DNA of 62,411 bases from an uncultured Anaerolineaceae bacterium (GCA_964513505.1 CAZENL010000004.1:1-62411); one strand, 5' to 3'; positions 54,264 to 62,411 are shown, counted from the stretch's first letter. The notes: a model not told the origin generated them from the sequence alone. Numbers and translations are program-made.

Positions 54264-55899
54264 CGGAACTTTTCCTGAAGTACCCGCGGAGCTTCTTCTT
54301 CGGCCGGGCCTTCGCGATCAACCCCTGCTTCTCCATGCGGCGGAGCAGGCTGGCGCGGATCATCTTCTGAAGATCATCGCCGGCGCCCTGATCGCCGACG
54401 CCCTCAGCGCCAGCGTCGCCAGCGGCGTCGAGGATCGAGCGGGCCTGCGAGTCCTCCGAAATGTCCGGGATGCCGGCGGCGTCGCGGAGATAATTCTCCA
54501 CCTCGTCATCCGGGAAGAGCCGGGCGCCCGCCTGCGACATGCGGAGGACGAAGTTGCTGAGCCCGTCCAGATCGATGCGCTGCGGCATGTCGGGCTGGAA
54601 GCGCGGCATGGTGTCGTAGCTGAAACCGTTCAGGCGCCAGAGCCGCGGCAGCAAATGATCGTTGAGCACATCGGCGTTTGACTGAAGCCAGCCCTCGATC
54701 GCCTGGAAGAAAAGATCGACCTTCGTCTCGGCGAGGTTTTGCGCGCCGCGCGAGGTATGGCCCATCGAAAGGAAGTCGGCCAGGACGCTGGTCATGATAT
54801 CGAGCTTGTAGCGCTCGATACTCTTGTCGCCATCGACGGAGCCTTTGCCGGCAGTCGGCGTTACCAGCTTGAAATCATACATCGGGATATTCGTCGGCTT
54901 CCCGTCCGCATCCCGGTAAGGCGTGCTCGGCAGGAGCGCGCCCATCTGCTCATCGATCCGCACGTTGGTGACGATGCGCCGATACATGGCCATGGCCGCC
55001 TGCGCCGGCCCGGCAATCGTCTCGTCATTGCTCGCCGCGTTCTCCACCAGCTCTTGCGGGATGGTGATGACCGGGAAGCCGGAGAAGCGCTCGAACATGA
55101 TCGCTTCCTGCTCTTCCATCCGCTTGGTGAAGAACCAAGGGCGATAGGCGGTGCGGAGGATCGAGTATCCCTCCGGGTTGTTCTTATGCGAGCGCGGCCG
55201 GAAGAGCAGCAGCTTCTCGATCGGAATGTCGATCAGCGGGCCGACCCATGGCTGCTGGGTCATGCCGAGGATTTCGCCATCGGTGTCGAAGAACCATTTC
55301 AGGACGGTATCCTGCCCGCGGATCGGGAGCTTGCGGATGCCGATCAGGCCGTCCTTGTACTTCGAGCGCGGGAGCTGCTTGCCGCCGGGGCCGTTGCCGG
55401 GATCGGGGCCGAGGCGGCGCTTGTAGCAAATCTCGTGCGGCGCATAGCCGTAGGGCAGCATCGAGAGCGTCTCGGTGATGAAATCGCTCCAAGTGTGGCT
55501 CATGTCCGACATAAGGCTTTCGACAAACTCGGCGCCGAATTGCGCTTCGGGTTTGTCGCTGGCGGCTTCCACCCGCCACTCGACTTGGCGCATGGATTGC
55601 TGGATCGCGAAGTTGATCGCCCCGATCGTGGGCGAGTTGTCCAGCATTTCGCGGTATGTCCGCGCGGCCTGGCGGCCGACGAGCTGGGGCAGGAATTCTT
55701 CCCGGACCCATCCGCCCCACTGGCGCAGGCCGGAAGAGCCAACATCGGAGAACGTCATCCCGGCCGACATGACAGGGATCGGCCAGCCGCCGGAGCCGTC
55801 CATCAAGGGATCGCGCGTCGGCAGCGGCGCGTCGCCGGGCTTCGGCACCGGCGTGGGCGGGAAGGCGTCGGGATTGAGGGGGCCGGCGGGATCGCTCAT
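54256..55899 (-). CDS. portal protein
   Basis: WGGWVREEFLPQL.G, YREMLDNSPTI, MLPYGY..HEI, NNPEGYSILR. Confidence 0.9.
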   Translation of the reverse strand: MSDPAGPLNPDAFPPTPVPKPGDAPLPTRDPLMDGSGGWPIPVMSAGMTFSDVGSSGLRQWGGWVREEFLPQLVGRQAARTYREMLDNSPTIGAINFAIQQSMRQVEWRVEAASDKPEAQFGAEFVESLMSDMSHTWSDFITETLSMLPYGYAPHEICYKRRLGPDPGNGPGGKQLPRSKYKDGLIGIRKLPIRGQDTVLKWFFDTDGEILGMTQQPWVGPLIDIPIEKLLLFRPRSHKNNPEGYSILRTAYRPWFFTKRMEEQEAIMFERFSGFPVITIPQELVENAASNDETIAGPAQAAMAMYRRIVTNVRIDEQMGALLPSTPYRDADGKPTNIPMYDFKLVTPTAGKGSVDGDKSIERYKLDIMTSVLADFLSMGHTSRGAQNLAETKVDLFFQAIEGWLQSNADVLNDHLLPRLWRLNGFSYDTMPRFQPDMPQRIDLDGLSNFVLRMSQAGARLFPDDEVENYLRDAAGIPDISEDSQARSILDAAGDAGAEGVGDQGAGDDLQKMIRASLLRRMEKQGLIAKARPKKKLRGYFRKSSGA

Positions 55900-55905
55900 C
55901 GCGCG

Positions 55906-57510
55906 TCAGCTTCCCATATCGGGGCGCGGCGCCGTCACGATGATCGGGGCCATGATCGGCGCTGTCATTCCCTCAATCTCCAAAATATCATTGAACGCGC
56001 CCGATGCGCCGTCAACCTGATCGTCATGTGGCGCGCCGGGGAAGAGCTCCAGCTCCTCCAGAAAGGTTTCGTTCCAAGGCCCCTTCACAAGATAGACGTT
56101 TTCGCCTTCCGCTTGCACCGATAGGGGCTCGGCCCGATCAACCTTGCTGCCCGTCTCGGGCCTGATCCGCACCTTCCAGCCCGCCAACATTTGAATGAAG
56201 GAGAGCTTCTGAGATTTGCCCGCCTGGCCCGGGTCTTGGGGAAGGCGAACGTAAACGTCTTTGCCGTCTGTCTCGGCGGTGTTCCTGATCGTGTTCGCGA
56301 CCAGCTTCGCGGAACCACGGAAGCGGATCACATGCTCGATATAGTAGGCCCCGCCGGATTTGACCATCTTCAGGCCGACCGTCCAGTCAGGATCGGTGCC
56401 CGGCGTCCGCTCGGAGGCCGCCAAATCCCAGCGGCGAACCCGGATGCCCTTCGCCGGCGCGGCGCCAACGATGGCGAAATTGCCCCGCTTGAAGAGGCCG
56501 CCTTCGCGCGGCACCGGCCGCTGCTGATACTGGCCGGCCGCGGCATAGGAGCCGAGCGTGGCCTTGTCGCGCTCGACCGCCGCCTTCGGGAAGCGGGCTG
56601 GGAAGAGCAGCTCGCCCTCCTCGGTGCGCGGATCGACGAAGCCGATTTCCGGGATCGAGCAGCGCCGGGCCAGCTCGAATTCCATCGGGCACATGAAATG
56701 AACATAGCCGCCCAGGGCGATGATCACCCCCGAAAGATCGTTGGAGTGAAGCCGCTGCATCACCACCACGATCACGGAGGCCATCGCGTCATTGACGCGG
56801 CTCGTCACCGCCTCGCGGAATGTCCGCGCCGTCTTTGCCCGATCGGTGTCGCTCTCGGCCGTATCGACGGAATGGGGATCGTCGATGATCACGCGATCGC
56901 CGCGGCCGACCGTCATGCTGGCCATCGGCACGGCCATTCGGCCGCCGTGCATCGAATTCTCGAAGTCAGCCTCTCCGGTGCGGATCAGCGTGATTTTGTC
57001 GCCCCATAGGGCCTGATACCAAGGCGAGGCCACAAGATCGCGCATCTTGCGGGAATCGCGCGTCGCCCATTCCTCCTTGTAGGAGGCGGTGAAATATCGC
57101 AGCCCCGGCTTGCCGCCCGGGCCCCATTCCCAAGCCGGCCAGAGCACCCCGATGAGGAGGGATTTCATCATGCCCGGCGGAATGTTGATGAGCAGGCGGG
57201 TGATCTTGCCGGCCGTCACGGCTTCGAGGAGCGTGCAGATCCACCGGATATGCCAGTTATCGACGAAGGCGGTGGTGGGCTCCAGCACATGCCAGGCGCG
57301 CTTGACGAATTCGTAAAAGGTTTTGCACTCGGCGCGGATGGCCTCGGCGTTGGCCTTGGTCTTTTCTAGCTCTTCAGCCTGTAAGCGCCGGACGCGCTCG
57401 GCCTTCAATCGTAACGCCCACTCCGCACTTGCTGAGAAGCCACGCGAGCTGCTCAAATTCCTTGACGGTGAGCTTGGTGAGGTCGAGGTCATTGAAAAGC
57501 GGCGCGCCAT
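55906..57510 (-). CDS. terL: terminase large subunit
   Basis: LLINIPPGMMKS, VIIDDPH, RRWDLAAS, HDDQVDG. The true start may be TTG at 57408. Confidence 0.95.
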   Translation of the reverse strand: MARRFSMTSTSPSSPSRNLSSSRGFSASAEWALRLKAERVRRLQAEELEKTKANAEAIRAECKTFYEFVKRAWHVLEPTTAFVDNWHIRWICTLLEAVTAGKITRLLINIPPGMMKSLLIGVLWPAWEWGPGGKPGLRYFTASYKEEWATRDSRKMRDLVASPWYQALWGDKITLIRTGEADFENSMHGGRMAVPMASMTVGRGDRVIIDDPHSVDTAESDTDRAKTARTFREAVTSRVNDAMASVIVVVMQRLHSNDLSGVIIALGGYVHFMCPMEFELARRCSIPEIGFVDPRTEEGELLFPARFPKAAVERDKATLGSYAAAGQYQQRPVPREGGLFKRGNFAIVGAAPAKGIRVRRWDLAASERTPGTDPDWTVGLKMVKSGGAYYIEHVIRFRGSAKLVANTIRNTAETDGKDVYVRLPQDPGQAGKSQKLSFIQMLAGWKVRIRPETGSKVDRAEPLSVQAEGENVYLVKGPWNETFLEELELFPGAPHDDQVDGASGAFNDILEIEGMTAPIMAPIIVTAPRPDMGS

Positions 57511-57880
57511 CTGCCCCGGTATGCTCGGTCCGTTCGGACCAACCGAACTTCTTGCCTTGGGTCTTGAGGACGAAGAAGCACGCGGCCTGCTCCGGCTTCA
57601 CTTCGGCTCGTATCTGGTTGCCGCCGGCGTCGAATTCCGCCTTCGCACCATACACGAAGCGGGCGGTCTGGGTAGCGGCGGCGCCGAGCAGCTTGGCCCG
57701 GCCCTGATCGATGTGCTCCCGATAGTGCTTGGTGAGCGTATTCTCGGCGATCCCGATCGTCTTGGCGATCAGCTCCAGAGGGAGGTTGGCCAGGGCCATT
57801 CCCCGAACCTGCCCTTGGAGCTCCGGCGTCGGCTGGTGTGCCCGCTGGCGGTGCTGAGACTTGGGCTTTCGCTTGGTCAT
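57374..57880 (-). CDS. terS: terminase small subunit
   Basis: HQPTPELQGQVRGMA..IAKTIGIAENTLTKHYRE, FVLKTQG..GWSE. Confidence 0.85.
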   Translation of the reverse strand: MTKRKPKSQHRQRAHQPTPELQGQVRGMALANLPLELIAKTIGIAENTLTKHYREHIDQGRAKLLGAAATQTARFVYGAKAEFDAGGNQIRAEVKPEQAACFFVLKTQGKKFGWSERTEHTGADGAPLFNDLDLTKLTVKEFEQLAWLLSKCGVGVTIEGRARPALTG

Positions 57881-57943
57881 CTATCGATCGATTTTCCGAG
57901 TGGCGGGAAGCCTGCGGCGGACCGGGTGAAAACCCCCAGCCCG

Positions 57944-58528
57944 CTAACCCATGAGCGCAATCGACTCTCGCGGAATCGAAATAGCACCTTTGCGCCCGAG
58001 CATGTCAAGCAGGATGCCGACCCGCTCCCGTCGATCGAAGGCGACGAGGCCGACCAATCCTTCGAGCGGCCCATCGATCACGCGGACGCGCGAGCCGGGT
58101 TTAAGCTGTTGTTTTTTCGGCGCGAGGAGCCGGAAGACGCCGCCAGAGGATGCCATCGCCTCCTTGAGGGCCGGAACGACCCGCGCCGGCAGGGCGAGCG
58201 GCGCCTTCGGTCGAAAGCGCCGGGCGATTTCCTCGCGGCTGGTCGGAATGCCGCTCGCTCGCTGGATGCCGAGGATCGTATGGACGCCCTTGAGCTGGAG
58301 GATTTTGGGCCAATCGTCCTCCGCATCCTCGGCGGCATCGAATTCGGCGAAGATGTAGCTGGGATAAAGCGGCCGCTGGACGATCGACTTCCGGCGGGCG
58401 TGGCTGATTTCCCGCTCCATGAGGGGGAGGAAGCTGCCGAAGCGCTGCTCTGGGATTTCGGCGATCGCTTGGCTGACTCTGGCCTCGTTGCCGGGAACGG
58501 TCTGGACAACATACCAAGCCCGCGCCAT
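57944..58528 (-). CDS. NusG/RfaH-family transcription antiterminator
   Basis: NGN domain WYVVQTVPGNE, PLYPSYIFAEF; KOW domain LKPGSRVRVIDGPLEGLVG. Confidence 0.9.
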   Translation of the reverse strand: MARAWYVVQTVPGNEARVSQAIAEIPEQRFGSFLPLMEREISHARRKSIVQRPLYPSYIFAEFDAAEDAEDDWPKILQLKGVHTILGIQRASGIPTSREEIARRFRPKAPLALPARVVPALKEAMASSGGVFRLLAPKKQQLKPGSRVRVIDGPLEGLVGLVAFDRRERVGILLDMLGRKGAISIPRESIALMG

Positions 58529-58847
58529 TCGTGCCTCAATCGATCAACCCCGGGCGGTTGTCGCACGGCTGGCGGCCGGCGGGCAAGTCGATCGATTGGG
58601 AAGGTGCCGGTCTTTCCCGGCTGTCAGACCGTCATCACGCTTTCTGCCGGCGCTCCGGCACCTGCCTCGGTCAGCGAGCTGGTTTCGAACCAGCAGATTA
58701 GTTGCCGGGCATTCCACCCAGCGGCGGCGATGATGGCCGCTCCACCCGCCTGCATGTCCAGGCGCGGCCCGTACCCGGGGCGCGGGGATACGATTGTCGA
58801 AAGTCTTGGCGGCCGGAGAATGCCGCGCGCCGTGGCCAGGCGCAAGC

Positions 58848-58878
58848 AAAAGGGGGCGCCCGATTGCCGAGCGCCCCC
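58848..58878 (-). terminator. intrinsic terminator in the late leader
   Basis: 8-bp GGGGGCGC/GCGCCCCC stem, then TTTT on the minus strand. Confidence 0.55.
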
Positions 58879-58974
58879 ACTTCTTCGCAGCCATGAGCGG
58901 GGGAAGCACCCCCCGGCGCCTTGCGGCGCAACAGCTCCTCTAACCGGGCCATCCTACTCCGCCGGCCGGAAATG

Positions 58975-59003
58975 AAAAGGCCCTGAGCATCGCCCAGGGC
59001 CTT
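58975..59003 (-). terminator. intrinsic terminator in the late leader
   Basis: AAGGCCCTG/CAGGGCCTT stem running into a T tract (..TTTTCATTT) on the minus strand. Confidence 0.6.
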
Positions 59004-59127
59004 CGCTTCATTCATCGGATGCTCACGGAGAAACGGTGGACCCGGGCGCATCTTTGCCCGGCATGAGGCCGGGACTTTGCTATCAGCGCAGGATCATGGC
59101 GGCCTCCTCTCGATCGAGGGAGCCAGC

Positions 59128-59307
59128 CTATCCGCCCAGCTCGGCAATCGCCAGATCGACGATATCCTGCCCGAAGCGGGCGATCAGGGAGCGCCGGGCC
59201 TGCCCGCCCCGGAATAGTCGCTGGATCAGGGCGATCCGGGCTGGGTAATGGGCGCGGAGCGCCGCTAGATGCCGCTCCTCCTCCAGCCATTCCCCAGAAA
59301 GCCCCAT
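59128..59307 (-). CDS. small hypothetical, first leftward gene
   Basis: GGAG RBS before MGLSGEW. Confidence 0.5.
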   Translation of the reverse strand: MGLSGEWLEEERHLAALRAHYPARIALIQRLFRGGQARRSLIARFGQDIVDLAIAELGG

Positions 59308-59400
59308 TTTCCGCTCCGACCGGCCCCGGCGACATAAAAGACCGGGGGGCTGAAAGATTAACACGAAAAGGGGCCATTACCCCAAGGGTTAGTCCGGGGA

Positions 59401-59428
59401 TTGCGACCACCGAGTAAAGACCTAGATT
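59401..59428 (+). promoter_or_regulatory. sigma70-like promoter of the right early operon
   Basis: TTGCGA-N16-TAGATT. Confidence 0.5.
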
Positions 59429-59477
59429 TTCAGGCTGAAGAGGCCCGATCCCCGGGCCTGATTCGAGAGGGCCTACC

Positions 59478-59657
59478 ATGCGAAAGATTTCCATCATCCT
59501 CGACGGCGGCGCCGGCGAGCTCGATCGCCGCGATATCGAAATCCCCAGCGCGGCGACTGGCGATCAGGCGGCCGAGGCCATCCGCGCCGCTGTAATCGAG
59601 CTTGCCGATTGCTCGATCCTCACGCCGGGCGACACGATCAAGATCGAGGAGGGCTGA
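59478..59657 (+). CDS. 59-aa hypothetical
   Basis: GAGAGG RBS; MRKISIILDGG...TIKIEEG. Confidence 0.6.
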   Translation: MRKISIILDGGAGELDRRDIEIPSAATGDQAAEAIRAAVIELADCSILTPGDTIKIEEG

Positions 59658-59660
59658 GCC

Positions 59661-59903
59661 ATGAAGGTGCGCCTTATCCAAATGATCGACGGCCAAATGG
59701 TGAAAAGCGAATTCGACAGCGCCGGCATGGTCGCGGCGATCGAGCTTCGCGGCTTCAAGCAGCGCGGCTTCAACAACCGCTCCGGGCAAATGCGCGAAGA
59801 GCTGCGGGGCTGGGCCACATTCGAGCGCCTTTGCGGCCCGATGTGGGATGGCGATGCCATCCGCTACGAGGACAAGGCCAGTTACGAGGCGCTTTCAACA
59901 TGA
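59661..59903 (+). CDS. hypothetical protein
   Basis: GGAGG RBS; tiles the operon. Confidence 0.65.
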   Translation: MKVRLIQMIDGQMVKSEFDSAGMVAAIELRGFKQRGFNNRSGQMREELRGWATFERLCGPMWDGDAIRYEDKASYEALST

Positions 59904-60112
59904 GCCGCGATCTTAGCGACAAGCAATTCCGCGAGGCTTTGAAGCGGAACGACTTCGGGCGGCCGATCCTCTTTTGGTGCGAGGACAAGAAGAACCCCGG
60001 CCATTCCTACGGGATGGTGGTCGGGAAAAGCGGCAAGCTCTACAAGCGCGAAACCATCGCGCATCTGCTGGCCAGCCGCAAAGCAACTGAGCTCGCGAAG
60101 GTGAAGCCATGA
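59900..60112 (+). CDS. hypothetical protein
   Basis: Start MSRDLS by ATGA overlap. Confidence 0.6.
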   Translation: MSRDLSDKQFREALKRNDFGRPILFWCEDKKNPGHSYGMVVGKSGKLYKRETIAHLLASRKATELAKVKP

Positions 60113-60318
60113 GCCAAGAGGACGCGAAAGACCTTGTGCATCAAGCGATGGTGGAGGCCACCAACCTCCTCGATCTTCTCGTCCGCGCCAATGTGGCGAA
60201 GACGGCCAAGGAGCGCACTGAGCTCATGGCGGGAAGCTCCAGCCGCGCGAGCAGGCTGGCCGAGGCGATCTATGCCGCCGAGGAAGCCGCCGCCGGCGCC
60301 GCCGGGGTGGCCGGATGA
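60109..60318 (+). CDS. hypothetical protein
   Basis: ATGA-coupled. Confidence 0.6.
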   Translation: MSQEDAKDLVHQAMVEATNLLDLLVRANVAKTAKERTELMAGSSSRASRLAEAIYAAEEAAAGAAGVAG

Positions 60319-60581
60319 GCAAGCCCATCCACCCCTCCGAGCTCGATGCGCGCCAGCGGATCGCCCGCGCCCAGAGCTTCTCGGTTTATCAATACCGCTA
60401 CCGGGCCCGCTACATGCGCGAAGGTTTCGGCTCGATCGCCGAGGCCGACGCCCATTCCAAAACGGTCGAAGCCGAATGGCCCGGCCGCCCGACGCTGATT
60501 TATGCGATGTGCGATGGCGTCGCTCTTCCCGTCCCTGCCGATCTGCGCGCGGCAGCTTCCGCGCAATCCTCGAAGGAATAG
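60315..60581 (+). CDS. hypothetical protein
   Basis: ATGA-coupled. Confidence 0.6.
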   Translation: MSKPIHPSELDARQRIARAQSFSVYQYRYRARYMREGFGSIAEADAHSKTVEAEWPGRPTLIYAMCDGVALPVPADLRAAASAQSSKE

Positions 60582-60585
60582 CCCC

Positions 60586-61032
60586 ATGAGAAAACTGCGC
60601 TTTGAAATTGAAGTCGATCTTGATGAGCTGCCGGCGCAAGAGCGCGCCGATCTGCTTCACAATTTGGGGGGAGCTGATAGCGAGCTCGGCACGATCGCCG
60701 ATATCGATATCAAGGAGCTCGGCGGCATGATCGCCTGCTCGATCGGCTGGGCTGAGGATTCCAAGGAGGCCGAATTCTGGGCCGGCTCGGATATGTTCGC
60801 CAAGTTCGCCGGCGTCAAGCTGGTGGGCGTCCGCGATATGGGCGCGATCGCGGCCGATCCGCGCTCGGCCTGGGGAACATGCGAGGCGCATCGGAACACT
60901 CTGGCGGCGCTCAAGGCGCTCCTGGCCGCGAAGCAGCATGGCAACGGGCTGGAAGCCTGGAACAAGATCACCGAGGCGGCGGAGCGCGCGATCGAGCAAT
61001 CCGAAGCGCTGCTCCCGAAGGCCACGCCATGA
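60586..61032 (+). CDS. hypothetical protein
   Basis: Start MRKLRF (AAGGA RBS). Confidence 0.6.
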   Translation: MRKLRFEIEVDLDELPAQERADLLHNLGGADSELGTIADIDIKELGGMIACSIGWAEDSKEAEFWAGSDMFAKFAGVKLVGVRDMGAIAADPRSAWGTCEAHRNTLAALKALLAAKQHGNGLEAWNKITEAAERAIEQSEALLPKATP

Positions 61033-61208
61033 GCCAGCTCGACACGCTCACGCACATCGTCCAGCGCCGCGAAACCGGCGGGGGCGGCGGCCAGTGGTGG
61101 CATACCATGGCCGCCTTCGATTGCGAGCCGGCGGCGATCGCCTATCTGGAGCGGATGCGGCCGCTCACCGCGGATTATCGCATCGAGCCGATCGAGGGGG
61201 CGAAATGA
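61029..61208 (+). CDS. hypothetical protein
   Basis: Start MSQLDT (ATGA). Confidence 0.55.
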   Translation: MSQLDTLTHIVQRRETGGGGGQWWHTMAAFDCEPAAIAYLERMRPLTADYRIEPIEGAK

Positions 61209-61429
61209 GCCAGCTCAAACTCTTCGTCTGGGACAATCCCTATCGCATCCCTTTCGGCGGCACGGTTTGCTTCGCCGTTGCCGAAAGCGTCGAGGCCGCC
61301 AAGGCTCAGCTTAAGGTGTCGGCCGGCTATTACGCCGGCATGGAAAGCCAAACGCCCCAGGAGAAGCTCGGCGATCCCGATCGAGTTCTCGATTTGCCGG
61401 CGGGGGAGTGGCATTCATGGAGCGAATGA
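61205..61429 (+). CDS. hypothetical protein
   Basis: Start MSQLKL (ATGA). Confidence 0.55.
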   Translation: MSQLKLFVWDNPYRIPFGGTVCFAVAESVEAAKAQLKVSAGYYAGMESQTPQEKLGDPDRVLDLPAGEWHSWSE

Positions 61430-61566
61430 CATGGCCAGAGAAGATCGAGGCGCGAGGCACTTTCAAGATCACATACATCGATCAGAAAGCCCTTTACCGC
61501 TTGATGCGAGCGGCGGGGTGGCGCGCTCTGGACGCCTGGAATTACGTCAAGGCGATGACGCCATGA
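61426..61566 (+). CDS. 46-aa hypothetical
   Basis: MTWPEKIEARG...VKAMTP; ATGA at both ends. Confidence 0.55.
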   Translation: MTWPEKIEARGTFKITYIDQKALYRLMRAAGWRALDAWNYVKAMTP

Positions 61567-62012
61567 CCCGCTACATCTTCCGATGCCAGAAGAAGGGCGG
61601 CTGCGGCAATGTCTGGGGCTTCGACTATGAGGAGCGCCGGGGGAAGAACTCTCCACCGACGCGCCTCTGGAAGCGGCCGAGCGATGGCGCCGAGATCCAG
61701 ATCGAGCCCGCCAGCGATCAGCGCGGCGGATGCCCGAAATGCGGGATCGGCGGCGTCCTTTCCAATCGGGTGGTGGGTGTCTTCTCCCATGCCGTGGGCT
61801 GCGATGCCCGATGCCGGGAGAGCGTCACCGGCAAATGCACTTGCGCCTGCGGCGGGGCCAATCATGGCTCGGCCTATATGCCCGCCAAGAAGGAGCCGAT
61901 CTGGGCTGAAACCGCTGGCAGGATCGCCGAGCTCCAAGCCGAGGGCCGCGCGATCGGCCGAGCCTTCGGCGATATGGCGGCCAAGGCTTGCGACCCAGCC
62001 GAAAAGACTTAG
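61563..62012 (+). CDS. Cys-rich (Zn-binding) protein
   Basis: CQKKGGC, CPKC, CDARC...CTCACGGANHG. Confidence 0.65.
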   Translation: MTRYIFRCQKKGGCGNVWGFDYEERRGKNSPPTRLWKRPSDGAEIQIEPASDQRGGCPKCGIGGVLSNRVVGVFSHAVGCDARCRESVTGKCTCACGGANHGSAYMPAKKEPIWAETAGRIAELQAEGRAIGRAFGDMAAKACDPAEKT

Positions 62013-62042
62013 ACCACCAACCACAAGAGGAGACTTTGCGAA

Positions 62043-62288
62043 ATGAAATTCCTTCTTTGCAGCTTCAACGACCTATGCCACGGCGCCGGCAATCTCGGGG
62101 CCAATCGGATCGGGCTCCAGCACGTTCCATTTACCGAAGATTCCATCATCCGCGCCGATGTGGTGGCGGTGCTCGGTTCCAACCGCGCGCTCATCCTGAA
62201 AAACAGGACAGGCCTGTTGGGCGTCGTTACCGGCGTAGCGAATGCGGCTGAGCTCACCGCTCTGATCGAGAGCGAGGCCTCGAAATGA
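62043..62288 (+). CDS. hypothetical protein
   Basis: AAGAGGAG RBS. Confidence 0.6.
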   Translation: MKFLLCSFNDLCHGAGNLGANRIGLQHVPFTEDSIIRADVVAVLGSNRALILKNRTGLLGVVTGVANAAELTALIESEASK

Positions 62289-62411
62289 AGCCGCTCGGCC
62301 GGCCGCCGGGACCTGGCGGCCCCTACAACCGCAAGAAGCCGAAGTCCGTCCGCGCCTGGGCGGTCATCACGGCAGACGAGAAGATCGATCCCAACCGGAT
62401 CAAGCTGCGCC
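62285..62411 (+). CDS. hypothetical protein running off the window end
   Basis: ATGA-coupled; no stop before 62411. Confidence 0.5.
   Translation, partial: MKPLGRPPGPGGPYNRKKPKSVRAWAVITADEKIDPNRIKLR

Noticed and set aside
58670-58745. tRNA gene suggested by GCTGG-TTCGAAA-CCAGC
   Set aside because: No acceptor-stem partner, D arm or anticodon arm at the right spacing. Kept only as a T-loop-like hairpin.
58949-58964. RfaH ops-like element (minus strand GGCGGAGTAGGATG)
   Set aside because: It needs a 2-nt insertion to fit GGCGGTAGnnTG; too weak in GC-rich DNA.
1-62411. CRISPR array, integrase, transposase, rRNA
   Set aside because: No regularly spaced repeats and no recognisable catalytic motifs for these in any ORF.

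Overview
The window looks like a complete or near-complete ~62 kb genome of a long-tailed (siphovirus-type) dsDNA phage of an Alphaproteobacterium. The host assignment rests on the GTA-like DUF2460/DUF2163/NlpC/J tail tip, a GapR-like protein, a DUF3309 gene, a CtrA box, an EcfG-type promoter and an alpha-r8-type sRNA. Layout: (1) 66-11659, minus: about 30 accessory genes ending in a candidate modification cluster (ParB-fused CPPY methyltransferase, PLP fold-II enzyme, GNAT fused to an Asp/Asn beta-hydroxylase-like domain). (2) 11717-17241, minus: replication (XRE HTH, GapR-like, RuvC-like, MTase, DnaB, DUF1376 initiator). (3) 17373-27762, plus: Bet recombinase, ParB, Gly-zipper lipoprotein, HerA-like ATPase, HTH-alphaCTD protein, MTase, HNH, DUF3309, CspA. 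(4) 27942-58528, minus: late operon (NusG paralog, TerS/TerL, portal, MuF, ParB-XkdF protease, scaffold, capsid, fibre, neck, tail, lysis). (5) 59478-end, plus: small early genes. I found no integrase, tRNA, CRISPR array, RT or host flank. The strongest leads are the modification cluster, three structural-module proteins with Sec signal peptides and paired cysteines (one a 1372-aa S74 fibre), a stress cassette (EcfG-type promoter, DUF3309, cspA, convergent sRNA), and a structured, terminator-bearing leader ahead of the NusG paralog. All family assignments come from motif recognition by eye; no searches were run. Many start codons were moved relative to the ORF track using RBS and stop/start overlaps.
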